In this document: positions 17,836 through 28,024 of the stretch, piece by piece
Position numbering within the stretch: the first letter of the stretch is position 1
Layout of the letters: each line of letters begins with the position of its first letter
Virus record (IMG/VR): IMGVR_UViG_3300028887_000114
Coordinates: 6,588 to 70,587 of that record
Source of the DNA: a virus
Taxonomy: Duplodnaviria; Caudoviricetes
DNA length: 64,000 bases
Direction: 5' to 3' (one strand)
Translations under genes and position numbers: made by a program
The notes under the pieces: model-generated
Told to the model about the DNA's origin: nothing
The model's database searches: none
The model's input: only the letters and a program-made list of their open reading frames with translations

Positions 17836-20484
17836 ATGGAATTAATACAAAATATAAAAAATCCGAGTCTTGTTCCTAATTGGTTCATTTATAGTGGTGA
17901 TAAAGTAGCCGGTATTCATGACGCAAATGGAAACGAATATCAATTTGTTGGTGCATCAGAAAAAGGTGAAGATGGTAAAACGCCAATTTTATATATTAGC
18001 GCAGATGATTGTCGTTGGTATGCAGACTATCGTGATGGTCGTGGTCCAATTTTAGTTTCTCAATCGCCAGCAGCATCTGGTTTAGTTGGTCCTCAAGGTG
18101 AAACTGGTCTTTCCGGTGATTCTGTAAAAGTTGATTCTATTGTAAATGAAAATGGTGGAACATGGGTTACATTAGCATGGGGTGAAAATTTTTCAGCAAC
18201 TTCTTCATTCTTTGTTCCAAGTGGTCTTTCTGGCGCAAATGGTAAAGATGGAACTGATGGTAAAGATGGTCAGAATGGTATTTCTCCAACTGTTACAACT
18301 GCAACAATTCAACCAGATACAACTCATACAAATGGAGGTATTGAAGTTACTATTAGTGGTGCAAATGGTGAATATAAGTATTCTGCATGGAATGGTAATA
18401 ATGGTGAAACAAGCCATATATTAGATGCTGGCAGTGGCATTAGTATACAAGATGATAAAATTAATGCTAAAATTGGAACAGATTTGACATTTGATGATGT
18501 AACATCAGCAATTAAAATTGATACTAATGGTAATCCAAATAATACTGCGTCAAATAATCGTAACTTTGTAGAAGGGTCATGGACTGTTGCTAATGGTTAT
18601 AACTGTCATGCTGAAGGTGCAGGAACATCCGCATTAGGTTATGGCGTTCATGCTCAAGGTATGTGGACATGCTTCAGTTCATCTAAATGGGGTGATAATA
18701 AACATATCGATACGGATATTTATTGGGCGATTGGCGCTGGTGCAGCAGTAGAGGGTTATTGTAATGCTACCACTTCTTGTCCAATGAGCGGAACTACCGG
18801 AGAAAGCAATTATGGTGCTGTCCATGGTGGTATTCTTAAAGTAATCGGTAATGGTTATATAGAGCATGACCAACAGCCTGATCCTGATGCACATTCGCAT
18901 ACGCATCATCCAAGTGATGCATTGATTCTTTATCGTGATGGTTCATTGAGTGCTGCCGGTAAGATTTCTGCTGCGGGTATTGAATTAGGTGCTGGTGGAG
19001 GAACTTCTTACCAAGGAAGAAATGGCGTAAATGTTGACAACGATTATATTGAATTAACGCAAACTGCCTATAATGCAGTAACATCAGTTTCTAGTAAAGT
19101 TGCTAAACCAGATTCTTCATTCAAAAATATGTATTTAGTATTACGAACAGATAATTCTGGTGATGTAAGTGGTTGGTATGATTTAAACGAACAATGTTAT
19201 TCTAAATCAGAAGCTACTGGAACATTCCAAAAGAAAACTGATATGACTGGTTATCTAACCACTGCAAAATATGCTACCGATTCAGCAACATTTGTAACAA
19301 GTTCATTTAATACAATTACTGGAACAAAACAATATGCTTTGACAACTACAGGATGGGCAGAAATAACTGGCGGAAGTATTGTTGGTAATTATATTCCATA
19401 TAGTGCTACTGAATTACCAATAGGTACAAATAATACAGCTACAACAAACGCTGCTGCTATTGGTGGTTTAAATAGTGCTATTGACCTTTCATTTGCTTTA
19501 GGTAATGGTAATAGTGCTAAAACTACAGGCTGTGCTATTGGCGAAAGTAACTATGCTTACAATAAATCAGTTGCTATTGGTTATCAAAATACTGCAAACT
19601 ATAATGTAGATATTGCTATTGGTTATCAAAACTCTGCTTATGACCATGCTGCTTCTTTGATAAACCATAATATAGCAAAAACATATTCATTTGCCGCAGG
19701 CGACTGTAATACAGCAATTAATTATTCTTTTACATTTGGTAGAGGATTAAAATTAGATAATACTAATGGAGGTTCAAATTCCTTTGGTGGTCTTGCTATT
19801 GGTGGTTGGAATTATACAACTGCAGATGCTATGTTTGTAATAGGAAATGGTTCACCATCAACTAAGAAGGATTATTTTGTATTAAAAAATGATGGTTCAG
19901 TTGCTTTCGGCGAAAGTACATCTGCACAATTCATTGGTTCATTCGCTGAAGGTTTCCATACATCTGCTATTGGTGTAGGTGTTCGTGCAGTTGGTGCTTT
20001 TACAAGATTTTCTGTATCTAATACTGCTGACCACGCTATATATGATTGGGAAGGAAGAGGTGTAACAGTTGAAGGTTATGCCAATGCTACAACTGCACAT
20101 CCTTTAGATGGTAATGGTAATAAAATACATGGCGGTATATTAAAAGTAATTGGTAATGGCGCTGCTAATAGTAATGGTATAACTGGAAGCGATGCTCTCA
20201 TACTTTATCGTGATGGTTCTTTGTCTGCAGCTGGTAAAATTAGTGCTGCTGGAGTAGAACTTGGTGGCGGTGGATCAACTGTAACTGTTAATCCAAATAC
20301 TAACGTAATTAAAGATGGAACATCTGCTATAAGTGCAGCTTCATATTACACAAATACTGATAATAGTAACTATAGAGCACAAAGATTCTTCGTCGTAACT
20401 GGAGACCAAGATTTAATTAACCATATACAATATACTAATGGTCAAGGTTCAATTTACTTTGTAGTAGGGCCACGTAGAACATAA
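17836..20484 (+). CDS. tail fibre / adhesin with collagen-like and YadA-head-like repeats, 882 aa
   Basis: GPQGETGLSGD and GKDGTDGKDGQNG; tandem 'AIGxxNxA' repeats; duplicated 'GGILKVIGNG...DALILYRDGSLSAAGKISAAG' module. Confidence 0.75.
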   Translation: MELIQNIKNPSLVPNWFIYSGDKVAGIHDANGNEYQFVGASEKGEDGKTPILYISADDCRWYADYRDGRGPILVSQSPAASGLVGPQGETGLSGDSVKVDSIVNENGGTWVTLAWGENFSATSSFFVPSGLSGANGKDGTDGKDGQNGISPTVTTATIQPDTTHTNGGIEVTISGANGEYKYSAWNGNNGETSHILDAGSGISIQDDKINAKIGTDLTFDDVTSAIKIDTNGNPNNTASNNRNFVEGSWTVANGYNCHAEGAGTSALGYGVHAQGMWTCFSSSKWGDNKHIDTDIYWAIGAGAAVEGYCNATTSCPMSGTTGESNYGAVHGGILKVIGNGYIEHDQQPDPDAHSHTHHPSDALILYRDGSLSAAGKISAAGIELGAGGGTSYQGRNGVNVDNDYIELTQTAYNAVTSVSSKVAKPDSSFKNMYLVLRTDNSGDVSGWYDLNEQCYSKSEATGTFQKKTDMTGYLTTAKYATDSATFVTSSFNTITGTKQYALTTTGWAEITGGSIVGNYIPYSATELPIGTNNTATTNAAAIGGLNSAIDLSFALGNGNSAKTTGCAIGESNYAYNKSVAIGYQNTANYNVDIAIGYQNSAYDHAASLINHNIAKTYSFAAGDCNTAINYSFTFGRGLKLDNTNGGSNSFGGLAIGGWNYTTADAMFVIGNGSPSTKKDYFVLKNDGSVAFGESTSAQFIGSFAEGFHTSAIGVGVRAVGAFTRFSVSNTADHAIYDWEGRGVTVEGYANATTAHPLDGNGNKIHGGILKVIGNGAANSNGITGSDALILYRDGSLSAAGKISAAGVELGGGGSTVTVNPNTNVIKDGTSAISAASYYTNTDNSNYRAQRFFVVTGDQDLINHIQYTNGQGSIYFVVGPRRT

Positions 20485-20494
20485 TAGGTAAATA

Positions 20495-21952
20495 ATGGCA
20501 TATATAATTGAAGGTAAAATCGGTGGATTTTTTCCAAATGCTGGTGATGATGCAATTAAAGATATTCATGAAATTGTATTTACTCCACCAGGTTCTACCG
20601 ATATGTATCAAGTGAATGAAGTATATTATGTTCCACCTGGTGAAACTCCAACATTACAGAATATACTTGATTATCGTTTTTGGTATCGTTATGAAAGAAC
20701 AGGAACATTATCTGAAGGTAATGCTAATCAGGTTGCTATTGAATTTACACCAAAAAGCGAATTTAATGTAGAAAAAATAGCTATATTTACTTCTCAAGGT
20801 GATGGAACAGATGGTACAAAAGTAAAGATAATTCACGAGTCAGGTTTATTTGTTGCTGCAGTAGATAGTGTCACTAGATATGAACAAATTACGTTATATG
20901 GAACATCTGGATATAGACGTGTTGCTGATTTTTCTGGTAAAAATGTTAAATTATATCCTGGTTTAAAATATTATATCGTATTTACTCGTGGTAGTGGTTC
21001 TTGGGCACCAGCACATTTTACTAATTTGAATACTGGTCTATATAAGTTTTATTCAAATGATAAAGATTCAAATAATACAAAAAATAGACAAGATTACACA
21101 GATACTAGCATGGATTTAATAGGAACAGTATTAGATCCATATAAATGTTATGGTGTTATGACTGATAGTTCTAGAATTTTCAGTCTTCCAGAAGGTGCTT
21201 GGTTTGTATGGAATAATAGCCAACAGCAAACCGGTTTAACTGTTGGTCATGTATATATTCGAACTTCTGTTGGTGCAGATTATACATTTACTGGAATTAT
21301 AGGTGATCCTACATCATATTATGAACCATTAAATTCTACTTATTTAGGTCAATTTTTAAGTAGACAAGTTGGTCAAGAATTTATTTGGTATGTAACTAAT
21401 ACTTCTTTAACTAGAAGTGATATTTATGTTAAAAGTGCAAGCACTAATAGTCTTGGTAGAGTTGAATTAGAAAATGTAACAGATGAAAATGATAAACTTG
21501 GTGTATTATTAAATATAATGTATAATACAAATGGTAAAGTTATTATTGCATCTGGATCTATATTTAACGCTAATACTTTAGGTTCTACTTATGAATTAAA
21601 ATCTGGTTATACATCACAAGCATCATCTGCTACGCGATTATATAGCTTACCATCAAATCCAGTTGAAAAAGGTATCTATTATTTAGATAGTTCTTGCGGA
21701 CAAGCAATAAGTTATAATACTGGAATATTTGCTTACGAAAATGGTTCATATAATCGTATTGATGAAAATAATATAGGAACTTATGCTACTGTTGGTTCAT
21801 ATACAGATTATGCAACAAGAGTAGGTAGTAATCAGGATTTCTTAACAGGTAATTACTACGGCAATGATAATGAAAACTTTGTAACGTTAGTAGACCAAAC
21901 TGGAAATCCAAGAACATATTACCTTGAAATAAATGGATATGAGGTTAAATAA
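20495..21952 (+). CDS. putative distal tail fibre / receptor-binding protein
   Basis: Y/G/T/S-rich beta-type ORF in the fibre operon. Confidence 0.5.
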   Translation: MAYIIEGKIGGFFPNAGDDAIKDIHEIVFTPPGSTDMYQVNEVYYVPPGETPTLQNILDYRFWYRYERTGTLSEGNANQVAIEFTPKSEFNVEKIAIFTSQGDGTDGTKVKIIHESGLFVAAVDSVTRYEQITLYGTSGYRRVADFSGKNVKLYPGLKYYIVFTRGSGSWAPAHFTNLNTGLYKFYSNDKDSNNTKNRQDYTDTSMDLIGTVLDPYKCYGVMTDSSRIFSLPEGAWFVWNNSQQQTGLTVGHVYIRTSVGADYTFTGIIGDPTSYYEPLNSTYLGQFLSRQVGQEFIWYVTNTSLTRSDIYVKSASTNSLGRVELENVTDENDKLGVLLNIMYNTNGKVIIASGSIFNANTLGSTYELKSGYTSQASSATRLYSLPSNPVEKGIYYLDSSCGQAISYNTGIFAYENGSYNRIDENNIGTYATVGSYTDYATRVGSNQDFLTGNYYGNDNENFVTLVDQTGNPRTYYLEINGYEVK

Positions 21953-22596
21953 TGAAACAAGTTTATGCTATTGACAAAACAACTGAAAAAATAAAATTTA
22001 TATCAGATAGTTTATTTCTTTTAAAGAAAACTATTGATGATGAAGGTTTTTCAGAAAGTGATTTTTATATCTTAGGAGATATTGACATGAAATATATTTC
22101 AAGAATTGTATCAGTAGATGATACTTGTATATATAATAACAAAAATTTCTGGATAAATAATGCATTAGCATTAATCGATGATTATGATAAACATGAAGTG
22201 TTAGATTTTATGGGATTACCAGTTGATATAATGCGTTTCCAAACAGAAATGTATAATAATCAATCTCGTATTGCTGCAATTGATGGATTAGCTGGAGAAA
22301 TCGATTATAATATGACAGTTGGCGATGAGTTTATAGCATTATTCCGTGAAGAATGTGTTAAGACTGATTTTAAGGGAATTACACCTCTTGAAATTGGCGT
22401 AAAGCTTGCACCAGTTATTTCATTGGTTCAGACTGGTTCGTTTAGAGAAGCAAAACAAGTTCTTCAAACAATGGAAACAGACCCATTCTTAACAGAAGAA
22501 CGTATGGCTAAGTATATTGCTATGATGGAAGCAGCTGATGCTATTGAATATGCGACAGATGAAAATTTCTTCTATACAGCGCAAGAAGATGTTTAA
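21952..22596 (+). CDS. hypothetical protein, possibly tail fibre assembly
   Basis: Translationally coupled (TAATG) last gene of the fibre operon. Confidence 0.5.
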   Translation: MKQVYAIDKTTEKIKFISDSLFLLKKTIDDEGFSESDFYILGDIDMKYISRIVSVDDTCIYNNKNFWINNALALIDDYDKHEVLDFMGLPVDIMRFQTEMYNNQSRIAAIDGLAGEIDYNMTVGDEFIALFREECVKTDFKGITPLEIGVKLAPVISLVQTGSFREAKQVLQTMETDPFLTEERMAKYIAMMEAADAIEYATDENFFYTAQEDV

Positions 22597-22598
22597 AT

Positions 22599-22631
22599 AA
22601 AAAAAGACAAGTCATTAAGACTTGCCTTTTT
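22599..22631. terminator. bidirectional terminator
   Basis: AAAAAAAGACAAGTC-atta-AGACTTGCCTTTTT between convergent genes. Confidence 0.75.
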
Positions 22632-22653
22632 ATTTTTGATTTAAAGTCAGAAA

Positions 22654-23085
22654 TTAGCCGACATTGAATTCGACCGGACGAGCTTCAGGGCAGACCGGAA
22701 TGTTGATGGTCAAGAGACCATTTTCAACCTTAGCGGTAAGTTCCTTCATGCTGAGGTTAGCCGGAACGAAGATCTTAATAGAGAGCTTGCCGCTACCCTT
22801 GATCTTGCGAAGTGTGTAAACACGCTTTGCTTCTGCTTCCTTTTCAGCATCGGTGACTTCCTTCTCAACAGTTTCGATGGTGAGATATGCCTTACCATCT
22901 TCAATGGTGCCCTTAAGCTTAATGTCTTCACGGGTCTTACCAACGACTGCGACTTCGATTGTGCTCGAACCATCTTCTTCATGAATGATGTTGAGCGGGA
23001 CGTTTACCTTTTCAACAGCGCCGCCAAACGAAGCGTCAAATGCATTGAGTTCAGTGAGAAGTTTTTCAAAAATATTCTTATCCAT
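22654..23085 (-). CDS. hsp20: small heat shock protein (Hsp20/alpha-crystallin)
   Basis: 'PLNIIHEEDGSSTIEVAVVGKTREDIKL' and 'LTAKVENGLLTINIP'. Confidence 0.9.
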   Translation of the reverse strand: MDKNIFEKLLTELNAFDASFGGAVEKVNVPLNIIHEEDGSSTIEVAVVGKTREDIKLKGTIEDGKAYLTIETVEKEVTDAEKEAEAKRVYTLRKIKGSGKLSIKIFVPANLSMKELTAKVENGLLTINIPVCPEARPVEFNVG

Positions 23086-23217
23086 AGTTTTATTATCCTT
23101 TTCGAGACCTTAACGTATCTCTTTTCGTTTACTTGTTAAGACATAAACCACATTTGTGTATCTATGTTTTAATCGGCGAAACTAACCGACTAAACTTTTT
23201 TAACCTCAATTTCGTTA

Positions 23218-23225
23218 TATTTATA
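23218..23225 (-). promoter_or_regulatory. T4-type late promoter for hsp20
   Basis: TATTTATA on the + strand, about 130 nt upstream of hsp20. Confidence 0.5.
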
Positions 23226-23235
23226 ACAAAATTTT

Positions 23236-23691
23236 TTAAACCGTTGCCATCATAATTTTCTTATAATCAAGATAATTTTTGATGGTAAATGATAAATTCT
23301 TGATATTATTTAAAGTATTTTCGATGAAATCTAAAAAGTATTTCTGTTGATTAACCTGTTTTAATTTTGCAACATAAGGAGCACAACAGTTAATTTGAGA
23401 GTCAATTTCTTTTGCTGTTTCCCAGAAATCATTGATTGTGATGTTATATTTCTGTTGTAATTCCTTTGTAACTCTAGGTTTCTTGAAACACTTTGTCAAA
23501 TCACCATATAATTCAAGTAATTCTACATTTAAACTTGCACAGACATATTTTTGGTCTTGATACAATTTAATCCAATCTTGAATGATAGCAGGAAGAAGAT
23601 TATTCTTTTTAATAATTGCTTCCATTGTATCAGGCATAGATAAATCTGTGTTTGCTTTTTCCTCTAATTTTTTAAACGTTTCTAAATTCAT
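23236..23691 (-). CDS. uvsY: UvsY-like recombination mediator
   Basis: 151 aa helical; C-terminal 'KYFLDFIENTLNNIKNLSFTIKNYLDY' resembles UvsY. Confidence 0.55.
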   Translation of the reverse strand: MNLETFKKLEEKANTDLSMPDTMEAIIKKNNLLPAIIQDWIKLYQDQKYVCASLNVELLELYGDLTKCFKKPRVTKELQQKYNITINDFWETAKEIDSQINCCAPYVAKLKQVNQQKYFLDFIENTLNNIKNLSFTIKNYLDYKKIMMATV

Positions 23692-24134
23692 ACCTTATTT
23701 ATGTCACGCTCTTTGTAGCGTTTGATACAATCAGCTACGAGCGGTCCCAAACTTCTGTAATATGTTTGGGTAGCAGTTTCATCAATCAATTTGTAATCAT
23801 CAACTTCTAAAGGAGTTCTTCCTTCAAAATTAAAAGTTGTAGAGCAGCTTAATTCTTTTAGATTGATGTCAACTTCAGCGACATAAAGATGTAAATCTTT
23901 ATATTTGGTATACAAAAACATACCGCAATCATAAAGATCATTTTCAGTTAGTACAATATTTGCTTCTTCTTTTAATTCACGTAAAGCCGTTTCTACATGC
24001 GATTCGTTACCTTCTACATGTCCTTTGGGAATATCCCAATTACCATCTCTATATGAGTGACAGGATGGATGACATGCTAAAAGCTTACGAGATGCTTTAT
24101 CGATAATAATTACACCACAACTAATAGCCTTCAT
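23688..24134 (-). CDS. Nudix hydrolase
   Basis: Nudix box 'PKGHVEGNESHVETALRELKEEANI'. Confidence 0.9.
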   Translation of the reverse strand: MKAISCGVIIIDKASRKLLACHPSCHSYRDGNWDIPKGHVEGNESHVETALRELKEEANIVLTENDLYDCGMFLYTKYKDLHLYVAEVDINLKELSCSTTFNFEGRTPLEVDDYKLIDETATQTYYRSLGPLVADCIKRYKERDINKV

Positions 24135-24151
24135 ATAATTCCTTTATCACA

Positions 24152-24180
24152 AATATAGTAAAAATGGTTTATTTTGTAAA
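24152..24180 (-). promoter_or_regulatory. sigma70-type promoter TTTACA-17-TATATT
   Basis: Exact match to the repeated consensus. Confidence 0.7.
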
Positions 24181-24204
24181 CGGTTAATGATTTATTTTTA
24201 TTTT

Positions 24205-24516
24205 TTAAAGATATTCTGGATGATTATCTTTAATCTGTTCATATTGGTTCATGAGACCAAGATACACTTCAGAAAGCTTGTCAATTTGCAAATTAAGCGT
24301 TTTAGACTTGTCTTTTGTTTCAGGTATAGATTCTTTAGCCTCTGCAAAAGAAACAAGTTTAAACGATATTTTAAAGCAATCTGGATGCATTTCGTTGACA
24401 CTCTTTAGCTTATTATACTTTTCGGTATAATATTCTTCAAGAGTATTCAAACGATTAGTTAAAGTCTCAATAGTAGCCGCTTGACGAGCTACACTTTCGT
24501 TTAATGTTTCTGCCAT
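24205..24516 (-). CDS. hypothetical protein
   Basis: ORF in operon context with AAGGA RBS. Confidence 0.65.
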   Translation of the reverse strand: MAETLNESVARQAATIETLTNRLNTLEEYYTEKYNKLKSVNEMHPDCFKISFKLVSFAEAKESIPETKDKSKTLNLQIDKLSEVYLGLMNQYEQIKDNHPEYL

Positions 24517-24525
24517 AGAATTTCC

Positions 24526-25824
24526 TTAGATACTGTAGTTAGGATTCTTGACCTTGAACGAAACATTATAATCGTCACGAAGTCTGAGAACGAAACCTTC
24601 TCTCTTATGACCAAGGTTATTACCAAAGACTGTATTCTTATCACTTTGTTCCAACATGACGTTGGCACCAGAAATGAATACACCCTTATCATTTACATGA
24701 CCTTCGGGCAACTTGTAATGTTCATCAAGGACTGGAACAAACTTCAATCCCCATTGTTCAGCAAAAAGCTTAGAATCTTCGAAATTAAGCTTTTCCCACT
24801 TGAACAACACTTTTCTATTTATAGTATCTTCAAAGTAGACTTTCTTGTAAAAATCGAAGAAGATAATATCAGTTCTTGGAAGGTTATAGATATTCTTTTG
24901 AATACCTGGACCGACATGTTCACCACGGCAGAACCATTCACCTGGAATCTTCTTAATCTTTTCATCAAGTTTAAGTCTAAGAACAGTGTCCCAGAAAGAC
25001 TTTCCAGTTCCATTCTTATTAAGTTCTCTGGTTCTAGAACATACACCGATTCTCTTATCTTCCTTCTTATGACGGAAGACTCTATTAAACCAGCTTGGTT
25101 CTACTTTTTCAGAGAAAATGGTAATATTTTGACCTTCAAGCTTTTCAGTCGCAACCCATTCCTTATCCTTGTATTGTTCATACATCTTGGTGTAAATCTT
25201 TTGGACATTTTCTTCATCAGACTTACCAGGGAAAGTCGGATCCCAAGTTTCAGAAACGTGATGACGCTTTCTCCACTTACGGAACCAACCAAATCTCATA
25301 AGCTTGCGAACTACCCAGTTATCCTTCTTACCGGTATTAATGCCAGCTTCTTCTTCATCTTGGACAATTTCAGTAATACCAAATTGAAGTGTATAATCCT
25401 TACCAACCTTTGCATCAGTAATACCAAGATCAGATGGCTTGAAAAGAATACCTTGAGAAATAACGCCAAACTTTCCAAGCTTCATACTCTTAATCTTGAA
25501 CTTCTTGTCTCTAAGAAATTCAAAATACGGGTACTTAGAAGATTCTTGAATTGTCTTAAGTGCAGCGTCAATTGCTTCCTTTGACGATTCAGCCATCAAA
25601 GTACCATCCTTAATTCCGTTATACTTAGCACGAAGGTCGTCAGTCAAACCATCTGGAAGCAATGAGTCAACTTCGACATACATTGCCAAATCACCAGCTT
25701 GATATTCATGCTTTTTTACAACTACAGTATAATCCATAACTGTAGCAAGTTCAATTCTATCCGCTCCAGGAATCTCTCTGATTTCCTTAATTTTTACAAT
25801 ATAAGCTAACGGCTTACCAAACAT
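24526..25824 (-). CDS. ATP-dependent RNA ligase (DRB0094/Rnl2-like) with N-terminal OB-like domain
   Basis: Start moved to MFGKPLAY (GAGG RBS); 'IREIPGADRIELATV', motif I 'ATEKLEGQN', 'CRGEHVGPGIQKN', 'REGFVLR...SFKVKN'. Confidence 0.9.
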   Translation of the reverse strand: MFGKPLAYIVKIKEIREIPGADRIELATVMDYTVVVKKHEYQAGDLAMYVEVDSLLPDGLTDDLRAKYNGIKDGTLMAESSKEAIDAALKTIQESSKYPYFEFLRDKKFKIKSMKLGKFGVISQGILFKPSDLGITDAKVGKDYTLQFGITEIVQDEEEAGINTGKKDNWVVRKLMRFGWFRKWRKRHHVSETWDPTFPGKSDEENVQKIYTKMYEQYKDKEWVATEKLEGQNITIFSEKVEPSWFNRVFRHKKEDKRIGVCSRTRELNKNGTGKSFWDTVLRLKLDEKIKKIPGEWFCRGEHVGPGIQKNIYNLPRTDIIFFDFYKKVYFEDTINRKVLFKWEKLNFEDSKLFAEQWGLKFVPVLDEHYKLPEGHVNDKGVFISGANVMLEQSDKNTVFGNNLGHKREGFVLRLRDDYNVSFKVKNPNYSI

Positions 25825-25849
25825 TTTATTACCTCTTTTGTATGTCCAT

Positions 25850-25885
25850 AATATAGAAAAAGGATTGACACTTGTCAACCCTTTT
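25850..25885 (-). promoter_or_regulatory. terminator-fused sigma70 promoter (TTGACA-17-TATATT)
   Basis: -35 at 25873-25878 lies inside the GGGTTGAC/GTCAATCC stem. Confidence 0.75.
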
Positions 25886-25893
25886 TAATAGTA

Positions 25894-26592
25894 TTAATAT
25901 CTTCCGTCAACCGAACCGTAACCAGTTATCGGTAAATAATTAATTTCAACACCATCTCTTGTTACTTTACAGAAAATTCCAGATTCATGATTAAAATATT
26001 CACCAGTAATTAGTTCGCTATTTGGACCACTGCTATAAAGTTCATCTCTAAAACGACTTAATGCTTCTTGAATTGCCCAATAAATATATTCTTGAATTTC
26101 TTTTACTTCATAATATCCAGGTTCATGAATAATATAAGTTTGTTCTAATGTTTCGTCACCATTGGTATTGTGGTATTTAACATCAGTAAATTTGGCTTTT
26201 CTGTAATTAAGCATTTCTGTAATATCAGCAAAGTCAATTTCCATATAGGCATGGAATGCAGCTTCTTGAAGATTATGCATGAGTTTTTGATTTTCATTTT
26301 CTTCTTTAGCAGCTTCGACTTCTTCCCAAGTATGATCCTCACGATAAACATCCTTGAAAAAACCAATATTACAACCAATAAGATTATAAGATAATTCTTT
26401 AAGCGTAGGATGATTTTCTTGCTTTTCTATACTTTTAATAAGATTTTCTTCACAATCAACTAACATATTAGCAGTAGCACTGATTTTATATGCTTTTTCT
26501 TCTGCTTCTTCCTTACTAAGAGTATTTTTAACAATGTCTGTTATACAACCAATAATTTTTTCACGGTCATATTTAAACGGTTTAGCAGCCAT
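25894..26592 (-). CDS. hypothetical protein
   Basis: 232-aa ORF with GGAG RBS. Confidence 0.7.
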   Translation of the reverse strand: MAAKPFKYDREKIIGCITDIVKNTLSKEEAEEKAYKISATANMLVDCEENLIKSIEKQENHPTLKELSYNLIGCNIGFFKDVYREDHTWEEVEAAKEENENQKLMHNLQEAAFHAYMEIDFADITEMLNYRKAKFTDVKYHNTNGDETLEQTYIIHEPGYYEVKEIQEYIYWAIQEALSRFRDELYSSGPNSELITGEYFNHESGIFCKVTRDGVEINYLPITGYGSVDGRY

Positions 26593-26602
26593 ATTAGTCT
26601 CC

Positions 26603-26830
26603 TTAATATACAGATTTAAAGCTTTCTAACATCGCTTCGACATCAGTTCTAAATTTCAGAGAACAACCATTTGGAAGTGATCTTAATACTGAAGTTTTCC
26701 AAGTATTAAGATTGTCTTCAATTACTGTTTCATCAATTTCATATGCGTCATCAAGCGAGTATGCTATATTATCGACTAATTGTTGTACTTTGTAAAGCTT
26801 TTCTCTTACGGTTTCATCAATAGCAATCAT
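26603..26830 (-). CDS. hypothetical protein
   Basis: 75-aa ORF with AAGGA RBS. Confidence 0.6.
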   Translation of the reverse strand: MIAIDETVREKLYKVQQLVDNIAYSLDDAYEIDETVIEDNLNTWKTSVLRSLPNGCSLKFRTDVEAMLESFKSVY

Positions 26831-26874
26831 TTATTTCCTTTATTATAATTTTACTTATAATATAGAAAATTATT

Positions 26875-27522
26875 TTACTCTACTGATGGTGTAAATTCTT
26901 TTTCTGAGTCTTTTTCAAGCCAACCGTCAGGTGTTTCTTTAAAGTTAACTTCAATACATTTGTGTTTATTGTATTGTTTATAACCGAAACCTTCACAGAC
27001 ATGTTTCATTTCTTCAAGTTCTTCTTCGATTTTATCTTCTGGAACTTTCATTTCTCTTAAATATGCAGTAGCACAATTTTTACAAAGATTTGTAATCCAA
27101 CCGTCAGTTGTCCAGATTACTCTTGTTCCATGTTCGTCTCTTGGTTCTGTTCCACAATATTCGCACGTATAGCCAGAAAGTGCTTCAGCAATATCTTCAA
27201 GACGTTGATTAAAGAAACTCATACAATAAATTCTCATTGTACCGTATTTGGACTTTACTTCTTCAAACTTAAATGCTCGTTGCTGGTCTTTTGGCAATCG
27301 GTTAAATGTTTCAAATAGTCTAGGAAGATACTTGTATTTCCACAAGTATTCCCAACCAGTTCCATCCCAGCACTTATAATAATTATGTTCTATATTCTGA
27401 GATTTTCCATGATACTGTTGTTCACGTTTACGAGACCATGGATTTTGATAATATAAAAAAGGATATTTATGCAAAAGTGCAAGCATATCCTTATCAGAAA
27501 TTGGGTATCTAGGTGTTGACAT
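26875..27522 (-). CDS. hypothetical phage protein with CxxC...CxxC
   Basis: 'FEEVKSKYGTMRIY', 'CEYCG...WITNLCKNC'. Confidence 0.7.
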   Translation of the reverse strand: MSTPRYPISDKDMLALLHKYPFLYYQNPWSRKREQQYHGKSQNIEHNYYKCWDGTGWEYLWKYKYLPRLFETFNRLPKDQQRAFKFEEVKSKYGTMRIYCMSFFNQRLEDIAEALSGYTCEYCGTEPRDEHGTRVIWTTDGWITNLCKNCATAYLREMKVPEDKIEEELEEMKHVCEGFGYKQYNKHKCIEVNFKETPDGWLEKDSEKEFTPSVE

Positions 27523-27530
27523 GAATTCCT

Positions 27531-27956
27531 TTAAATGTAATGATTATAATATTCTTTTTCGATTGTTTCATCAACTTCTTTTTGAATAATCTTTACATTA
27601 TCCTTTGTAGGATTTGCAAATCCAACAGAACCTCCGAGCGGTGACCAGAAAGTAACGTCATTATCTTTAGAAATACCTTCAGGTGGTTCCATAAATTCTA
27701 CCTTATCGATAAGGCAAGTTTCAAAAAGATGATTTGTTGTTCCAATATCTGTAACACCTTCTACAACGACGGTCTTGATAATCGGTTTTGTAAAATACAT
27801 ATAAAGCGTAGGAATTCTGAAATTAATAGGAAGTTTATTTTCCTTTCTCCAACTCTGAATTGCTGCTCTAATTTCAGAACCAATCATTGCTGTAACGACG
27901 GAATGATTCTTTTTCTTTTCATTATTGTAGATATAAACCGGTGTTTTAACAGACAT
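27531..27956 (-). CDS. hypothetical protein
   Basis: Start moved to MSVKTPVY (GGAG RBS at 27963-27966). Confidence 0.6.
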   Translation of the reverse strand: MSVKTPVYIYNNEKKKNHSVVTAMIGSEIRAAIQSWRKENKLPINFRIPTLYMYFTKPIIKTVVVEGVTDIGTTNHLFETCLIDKVEFMEPPEGISKDNDVTFWSPLGGSVGFANPTKDNVKIIQKEVDETIEKEYYNHYI

Positions 27957-28024
27957 AAAATTCTCCAAAATATTTTTACAAAATATAATAAAATATATTA
28001 ATATCGTCAACCTATAAATATTAT

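Noticed and set aside
18750-20270. Repeated module in the tail fibre as a possible DGR template/variable repeat
   Set aside because: Differences are mostly synonymous and not adenine-specific, both copies are in-frame coding, and no reverse transcriptase is in the window
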